Below the pieces are notes generated by a model. That model ran no database searches, had not been told where the DNA came from, and saw only the letters and a list, made by a program, of their open reading frames with translations. DNA of 32,000 nucleotides, taken from the NCBI GenBank assembly GCA_046533775.1, contig JAWDOO010000005.1, positions 7,652 through 39,651 on the forward strand, given 5' to 3'. The stretch is from Candidatus Nanopusillus sp. GTDB taxonomy: Archaea; Nanobdellota; Nanobdellia; Nanobdellales; Nanobdellaceae. Position numbers and translations under genes: made by a program. This document shows positions 26,500-32,000 of the stretch, one piece after another (position 1 is the stretch's first letter; each line of letters begins with the position of its first letter).

Positions 26500-26861
26500 A
26501 TTATTATTTTTATGTTTGAACCTTTTGAATTTGCCTTTAATAATTCTTCTATTGTCAATATTTTAATATCAGACTTTTCCAATTTTTCTTTTGCATTTAA
26601 CGAATACTTCCATGCAGCAACTGTAATTTTTTTATTTATCATACCATAACCAAGTAATTTTCCAGGAACTATAACAATATCTCCATCATTTGTATATTTA
26701 TTCAATTTAGATAAATTTACTTCAACCCTTTTTCTTGTTGGTCTACTTAAAAGTTCTGCTACATACAACCAAAACTTACTATTATTTTTCTTTCCTTCTC
26801 TTTTTAATAAATTTATCAGTTTTCTTAGATAAATATTAGTAGGTCCAGTCCTTTTTACCAT
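26496..26861 (-). CDS. rpl18e: 50S ribosomal protein L18e (eL18)
   Basis: 121 aa. KRTGPTNIYLRKLINLL...RPTRKRVEVNLSKLNKY...IVIVPGKLLGYG is present. It sits in the conserved position upstream of L13-S9. Confidence 0.85.
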   Translation of the reverse strand: MVKRTGPTNIYLRKLINLLKREGKKNNSKFWLYVAELLSRPTRKRVEVNLSKLNKYTNDGDIVIVPGKLLGYGMINKKITVAAWKYSLNAKEKLEKSDIKILTIEELLKANSKGSNIKIII

Positions 26862-26885
26862 TTTTTCATAACTTATAAAAAATAT

Positions 26886-27503
26886 TTAAAAATCATTATT
26901 AAAGTCTTTTGATATCAAAGATCCTGTAGCACCTTCTTCATTCAAATATTTAGATCCTTTCCTTTTATCATATGGTACCTCTGAGGTTTCTGTTTCAATG
27001 AAAACAATCTGGGCAACCTTTGTTTTTGGATATATTTTAATTGGAACTTTATTTACATTAATAATTTCTAATGTTAAATATCCCTTATATCCGGGGTCAA
27101 CATAACCAGCAGAGGTATGTACTATTAAACCAAGTCTTCCAATTGAAGATCTACCATGTATTTGTCCAACAATATTATCTGGTAATTCAATATATTCATA
27201 TACTGATGCTAGAATAAATTCTCCAGGATGAATTATTATTGGAACATTATCGTTTTTTAATATATAAAGATCTGAATATTTTCCTATATGTATTATATAA
27301 TCTTTTGTCTCTACTCTTGTATATATATCATCATAATAATCTTTTACATCTATAACTTCTTTTTCCAATGTTTTAAATACTCTAAATTTATATCCTAATC
27401 TTATATCCAATGATGCTGGACCTATCATATTCTCATCAAATGGTTCAACCTTTATTTTTCCACTTTTTATATATTCCCTAATTTTTTTATCTACTAATAT
27501 CAT
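26886..27503 (-). CDS. dcd: dCTP deaminase (possibly bifunctional dCTP deaminase/dUTPase, archaeal type)
   Basis: 205 aa. MILVDKKIREYIKSGKIKVEPFDENMIGPASLDIRLG and GRSSIGRLGLIVHTSAGYVDPGYKGYLTLEI are present. Confidence 0.9.
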   Translation of the reverse strand: MILVDKKIREYIKSGKIKVEPFDENMIGPASLDIRLGYKFRVFKTLEKEVIDVKDYYDDIYTRVETKDYIIHIGKYSDLYILKNDNVPIIIHPGEFILASVYEYIELPDNIVGQIHGRSSIGRLGLIVHTSAGYVDPGYKGYLTLEIINVNKVPIKIYPKTKVAQIVFIETETSEVPYDKRKGSKYLNEEGATGSLISKDFNNDF

Positions 27504-27512
27504 TATACTTCT

Positions 27513-28202
27513 ATGTACAAATCTATTATAAATTTAATTAAAGAAATTGATTTTCAATTTTGGTGGCCGGTAGATATAAATTATCATAATAAAAATAAAG
27601 GGGATTGGAGAGTAGAAATAATTATAGGAGCAATATTGACTCAAAACACAAAATGGAATCTAGTAGAAAAAAATATAGAATATTTAAAATCAAAAAATTT
27701 TATATTTAGACTAGAAAATATAGATAATTTATCAATTAATGATATAAAAGTTCCATTTAGATTAAGAAAACTTGAAACATTAAAATATCTATCTAATTAT
27801 ATATTAGAAAATTATGGAAATATTGATAATTTTTCTAAATTAGAAATAAATAAAATGAGAGATGAATTATTAAAAATAAAGGGAATTGGAAAAGAAACAT
27901 GCGATGCAATAATATTATATTCATTTGAAAAACCAATATTTGTGGTAGATTATTATACTAAAAAATTTTTTAATAGATTTGAAGAATATGATAAATTGAG
28001 AATTGAAATAGAAAAAATTGTTAATGATAATTTTAATGAAATATATGATTTATTTTTAAATAAATTAAAAAATATGGAAAATAAAGACCTTCCCTTTTTA
28101 TCGGTATATGATCTAAGAAAAAATATAAGTTATGAAGAAAAATTGACAATAATATATAAAGAATTACATGCAATGATTGATATAAAAATGAAAAATCTAT
28201 AA
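27513..28202 (+). CDS. Endonuclease III-related HhH-GPD superfamily protein (no Fe-S Cys cluster)
   Basis: 229 aa. IIGAILTQNTKWNLVEKNIEYLK and the HhH element LLKIKGIGKETCDAIILY...VVDYYTKKFFNR are present. It lacks the C-terminal 4-Cys cluster of canonical Nth. Confidence 0.7.
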   Translation: MYKSIINLIKEIDFQFWWPVDINYHNKNKGDWRVEIIIGAILTQNTKWNLVEKNIEYLKSKNFIFRLENIDNLSINDIKVPFRLRKLETLKYLSNYILENYGNIDNFSKLEINKMRDELLKIKGIGKETCDAIILYSFEKPIFVVDYYTKKFFNRFEEYDKLRIEIEKIVNDNFNEIYDLFLNKLKNMENKDLPFLSVYDLRKNISYEEKLTIIYKELHAMIDIKMKNL

Positions 28203-28305
28203 ATAAATGTTAAAAATAAATTTTATTTAGATAAATACACAAATACTTTGGATTTTCGATACAATTATATCAAAATTAATTAACCTTATGTTTAAATAGT
28301 ATTAT

Positions 28306-29799
28306 ATGAATGAACTTGATATTTTAAGATCTATGGAAAATAAAGAATTTGTAAGATTTATAGCAGAAGAAGTATTACCTAAAATCGGTTATAAATATAT
28401 TACAATTACAGATGGTCCAGGTGATAAAGGTTGCGATGTTATTGCTTTTTATGTTAAACATAGAAAGTGCGTATGTATACAAATCAAAAAGTACTCTAAA
28501 GATAAAAAAGTAGATTCAAAAGAGATTATTTATACAATTAATGGAATGAAAAAATACAGATGCAAAAGAGCGCTTATAATAACAACATCAGATTTCACCC
28601 CTTCGGCATTACAAACAATCTATGAACATAGATTATGGCATCTCAATGGTTCGGAATTAATAAGGATACTGAGAGAAAGACATGTTAGATTACCTATAAC
28701 ATCAGAACTGACATTGAAAAATAATGAGATAGATAATAAAGTATTAATGGAAGAAGAAGCTGAATTTTTCCTTACAGACATAAAAGATGCTGGCGCTTTT
28801 ATGCCCATTTCAATAAGCGAAGCTATAAGGATAGCAAAAAATAAACTTTCTCATTATAAAGAAGTTAAATTAATTTCTGTAAAGGCGCATTTAAAAAGAT
28901 TGTATATTTTTAAGGGAAAAGTAAGTTATAAATTAAAGAGAAGAAGAAGCAGAAGATTTATAATATCCATAGACGGTGATGGAAACATATATTGGGGAAT
29001 ACTAACATTAGTTAAGAACTTAAATTGCGGAGTTGAATATGAAACAAATTCAGAGTTTTACTATAATGCAAGAGACCAAACAATAAAAATAGCTGAAAAA
29101 TTAGTGCCTCAAGGAGCTATAATAACAAAAATAAAACTGGAAGGCCATAAATCAGCATGGGTAGTTTCATATTATATATTAAGATTTAAAGTAGGTCTTA
29201 CTAAAGCGGAAGTTATTGTAGACAGAAAAGGAAATATAAAGAACCTCACCTTTGATCCATTAGATGAAGGAAAAGTAGAAGAATTTTATAAAGGAAAAAT
29301 AGTAAAACAAAACAAAGAAATAAAAGTTATTAGAGAACTTAACGACAATTTCTTAGAAGAGATTACTATTAATGAAGTTGGAGAAGCTATAAAAAGTATT
29401 AAGAGAGTTAAACCTGACTATGCAATAAGTTTAGCTAGAGATTTTTATCATATTAATAAAGGAGAAATTAGATTTGAAGAAGTAAGTGATGGGGTTAAAG
29501 TTGATATCTTCTTTAATAATTATCATCATTTAGCTAAAATAAATAATGAAGGTAAAATTGTTGATAAAGTAGTAGTGCCGGATATAAATACATATGATGG
29601 TACAGAGAAAGGTTATAATAAGAAAAGGAGATGTCTTATAGTTAAAGAGGGAATCGAAATTAAAGTAATCAATGATAGCGGGGTAATAGAAAGAAAAGAA
29701 ATACCTAATGGAATACTATCTAAACTAAAGTTCTTAATAAATAATATAATTACATCTAATTATTCGATAGATACAGATGATCCATTAGAACTATTATAA
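28306..29799 (+). CDS. Mrr-type restriction-endonuclease domain fused to a ~370-aa repeat region (PepSY-like modules), function unknown
   Basis: Residues 1 to about 125 match the Mrr_cat layout: FVRFIAEEVLPKIGYKYITITDGPGDKGCDVIAF...VCIQIKKYSKDKKVDSKEI...RALIITTSDFTPSALQ. This gives D...QxK. The rest shows three or four iterations of a pattern: helix, then strands ending in D/N-x-x-G-x-I. GC is about 30 % by spot counts, higher than the flanking genes. Confidence 0.7.
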   Translation: MNELDILRSMENKEFVRFIAEEVLPKIGYKYITITDGPGDKGCDVIAFYVKHRKCVCIQIKKYSKDKKVDSKEIIYTINGMKKYRCKRALIITTSDFTPSALQTIYEHRLWHLNGSELIRILRERHVRLPITSELTLKNNEIDNKVLMEEEAEFFLTDIKDAGAFMPISISEAIRIAKNKLSHYKEVKLISVKAHLKRLYIFKGKVSYKLKRRRSRRFIISIDGDGNIYWGILTLVKNLNCGVEYETNSEFYYNARDQTIKIAEKLVPQGAIITKIKLEGHKSAWVVSYYILRFKVGLTKAEVIVDRKGNIKNLTFDPLDEGKVEEFYKGKIVKQNKEIKVIRELNDNFLEEITINEVGEAIKSIKRVKPDYAISLARDFYHINKGEIRFEEVSDGVKVDIFFNNYHHLAKINNEGKIVDKVVVPDINTYDGTEKGYNKKRRCLIVKEGIEIKVINDSGVIERKEIPNGILSKLKFLINNIITSNYSIDTDDPLELL

Positions 29800-29900
29800 T
29801 TAATTTTTATAACAGCAAAAATACCTGCTTTTATATCTACTAAATATCAGAGATAATATAAAAATGAAAAATTTAAAGTAATTATTTATACTAAATTTCT

Positions 29901-31235
29901 ATGGACATATATAATTATAACAAAGGTTTTGAGCTATTGAAAAATAGGATAAATATAAAAGATCTTGAAAAAATCGAATATGATAGAGAAGTTATATTAG
30001 CTGGATGGATAATAAATATAAAAAATATTGGAAATATATCTTTTATTATATTAAGAGATCAAACTGGAGATGCTCAAATAACAATAAAAAAAGATATATT
30101 TAACGATTTGGAATTTATTAAAGAATTTTCTTTACATACATTTATAGTAGTTAAAGGAAAATATGTTAAAGGAATTGCAAAAAAATATAAAGAAATTGTT
30201 GCTGAGGAAATTTATTTAATTAGTGAACCTGCAGATAGATTGCCTATAGATGAAAATTCATATTTTGAAAAAAGGATAAATTATAGATGGATCGATCTTA
30301 GAGATCCAAAGAAAAGTTTAATAATTAAGTTAACATCATATGCAGTAAAATATATTAGAGAATACTTATATAATAATAATTTTATTGAAATATTTTCTCC
30401 AAAAATAATAAGCACAGCATCTGAAGGGGGAGCAGAAGTTTTTGAATTAAAATATTTTGATAAAAAAGCTTACTTAGCTCAATCACCACAATTTTATAAA
30501 CAAATGGCAATATGTTCTGGTTTTGAAAAAGTATTTGAAATTGCACCAGCTTTTAGGGCAGAACCTTCTTTTACATCAAGACATTTAACAGAATTTACAT
30601 CTTTTGATGTAGAAATAGGATATATAAGTTCTCATTATGATGTAATGAATATTTTAGAAGAAATTGTAAAATATACAAATAAGAAAATAAAGGAAAATTT
30701 TGAAGATGAAATAAAGAAATATTATAATGTAGATATATTTGTTCCAGAAAATATTCCTAAAATAAAAATGGAAGATGTATATGAAATTGTTGGAAAAAAT
30801 AATATAAAAGAAAATGGAGATATAACATCTGAAGGAGAAAAAATTTTAGGAGATTATATTAAAAAAACATATGATAATGAATTTGTATTTATAATTGACT
30901 GGCCCTGGATTGCAAGACCATTTTATCATATGAAGGGAGAACCAATGAAAAATGGAATGATAACAACAAAAAGCTTTGATCTATTATATAAAGGTTTAGA
31001 AATTTCTACAGGTTCTCAAAGAGAACATAGATATAAAATATTATTAGAACAAATAAAGGAAAAAGGATTAAATCCAGATAATTTTAAATATTATTTAGAA
31101 TTCTTTAAATATGGAGCTCCAACAATGGGGGGATTTGGATTTGGTATTGCCAGATATATAAAACAATTATTAAATATTGAAAATGTAAAAGAAGCAGTAT
31201 TAATACCAAGAGATCCAAATAGATTGGAACCATGA
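29901..31235 (+). CDS. aspS: Aspartyl-tRNA synthetase, archaeal type
   Basis: 444 aa. It has an N-terminal OB anticodon-binding domain (VILAGWIINIKNIGNISFIILRDQTGDAQI). Class II motif 2 is FRAEPSFTSRHLTEFTSFDVE. Motif 3 is GGFGFGIARYI. Confidence 0.9.
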   Translation: MDIYNYNKGFELLKNRINIKDLEKIEYDREVILAGWIINIKNIGNISFIILRDQTGDAQITIKKDIFNDLEFIKEFSLHTFIVVKGKYVKGIAKKYKEIVAEEIYLISEPADRLPIDENSYFEKRINYRWIDLRDPKKSLIIKLTSYAVKYIREYLYNNNFIEIFSPKIISTASEGGAEVFELKYFDKKAYLAQSPQFYKQMAICSGFEKVFEIAPAFRAEPSFTSRHLTEFTSFDVEIGYISSHYDVMNILEEIVKYTNKKIKENFEDEIKKYYNVDIFVPENIPKIKMEDVYEIVGKNNIKENGDITSEGEKILGDYIKKTYDNEFVFIIDWPWIARPFYHMKGEPMKNGMITTKSFDLLYKGLEISTGSQREHRYKILLEQIKEKGLNPDNFKYYLEFFKYGAPTMGGFGFGIARYIKQLLNIENVKEAVLIPRDPNRLEP

Positions 31236-31972
31236 TTGAGTTTTATATTGTATTTGTAGAACCGGAATCTGAAGATAATATAGGTGCATTAGCAAGGGTA
31301 ATGGCAAATTTTGATTTTAAGAATTTAATATTAGTAAATCCGAAAGTAAATCCTTATGGAGATAAAGTAAAAATTGTTGCAAGAGAAAAAGGATGGGAAA
31401 TAATAAAGAATATGAAAATATATAATAGTTTAGATGAAGTAATTGATTTATTTGATATAAATTATGGTACAACAGGGGTTTCTTCAAAGATGGGGAATGA
31501 AGTATTAAGAAATCCATTAACTCCTAGAGAATTTGCAAATTCTATATATAAATATGATGGAAAGATTGGTATATTTTTTGGAAGGGAATCTAAAGGTTTT
31601 AGCAATGAAGAATTAAATAAATTTGATGGAATAATTACAATTCCTGCAAGTGAAGAATATCCAATAATGAATATAACTCATTCTGCAGCGATAATATTAT
31701 ATGAATTATTTATTTCAAAAAATAATCCAATAAGAAAAGTATTTAAATTAATAAATAATCAGGAAAGAAAATATTTATATAAAATGTTTAAAGATTTCGT
31801 AGATGTATTACCTTCTCAGGATTATAGAAAACCATTTATATATAGAGGATTGAGAAATCTAATTGGAAAAGCATTAATTACAAAAAGAGAATATTCTTTA
31901 TTGATGGGAATGCTTAGAATTGCAAAAGAAAATATAGAAAATTGTAGAAAGAATAAAAATCAAACTTTATAA
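31232..31972 (+). CDS. SpoU/TrmJ-like tRNA/rRNA 2'-O-methyltransferase
   Basis: 246 aa. IVFVEPESEDNIGALARVMANFDFKNLILVNPK, IFFGRESKGFSNEEL and NITHSAAIILYEL are SPOUT/TrmJ-type motifs. There is a 4-nt overlap with aspS. Confidence 0.7.
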   Translation: MIEFYIVFVEPESEDNIGALARVMANFDFKNLILVNPKVNPYGDKVKIVAREKGWEIIKNMKIYNSLDEVIDLFDINYGTTGVSSKMGNEVLRNPLTPREFANSIYKYDGKIGIFFGRESKGFSNEELNKFDGIITIPASEEYPIMNITHSAAIILYELFISKNNPIRKVFKLINNQERKYLYKMFKDFVDVLPSQDYRKPFIYRGLRNLIGKALITKREYSLLMGMLRIAKENIENCRKNKNQTL

Positions 31973-32000
31973 AATTTTGTTATTCAAATATCATAATGCC

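Noticed and set aside
29811-29830. Weak hairpin AGCA-N8-TGCT followed by TTTT after the Mrr-fusion gene, considered as a terminator
   Set aside because: It has only a 4-bp stem. Oligo-T tracts are ubiquitous here, so it cannot be distinguished from background.
28203-29900. Direct or inverted repeats, att-like sites or a tRNA gene flanking the Mrr-fusion gene
   Set aside because: Only short AT-only words (for example AATTAATT) are shared between the two spacers, which is not significant at this composition. There is no integrase and no tRNA. Mobility is therefore unsupported, although composition still differs.
1-32000. Search for tRNA/rRNA/C-D box sRNA genes, CRISPR arrays, transposases and integrases
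   Set aside because: In an AT-rich archaeon, structural RNAs should appear as GC-rich islands. Every GC-enriched stretch I saw lies inside a conserved protein-coding gene. No intergenic gap exceeds about 150 bp, and none contains C/D box-like RTGATGA...CTGA pairs. I saw no repeat-spacer periodicity and no transposase-like ORFs.

Overview
This is a very AT-rich, extremely gene-dense archaeal chromosome segment. Spot counts of 60-nt lines gave about 8-38 % GC; the overall value was not computed. I support about 36 protein-coding genes, and many overlap by 1-19 nt. I recognised no rRNA, tRNA, CRISPR array, transposase or integrase.

Archaeal hallmark genes are present:
- thermosome
- Cdc48/VCP
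- DNA polymerase D large subunit (DP2)
- Mre11-Rad50 with a zinc hook
- an Hjc-like resolvase
- diphthine synthase
- the L18e-L13-S9 ribosomal protein cluster
- archaeal-type AspRS
- dCTP deaminase
- a FlaI/PilB-type secretion ATPase with pilin-like genes

The compaction, scrambled operons and composition resemble a reduced DPANN/Nanoarchaeota-like genome. That is an inference and cannot be verified here.

Most of the window is housekeeping. The parts worth a second look are:
1. A compositionally distinct orphan gene (28306-29799) that fuses an Mrr-type nuclease domain to about 370 aa of repeated PepSY-like modules. It sits between housekeeping genes and is my best candidate for an undescribed single-gene defence or sensor system.
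2. A translationally coupled Cdc48 / E1-like (ThiF/UbaA) / ArmA-RmtB-like 16S rRNA methyltransferase operon.
3. A type IV pilus-like locus with no adjacent platform gene, plus an unusual pilin-like protein carrying a poly-Ser repeat and a C-terminal Cys-bounded loop.
4. A minimal 186-aa archaeosortase-like protein with no substrate in the window.

All functional calls come from motif recognition by eye and memory of protein families. No searches were run.
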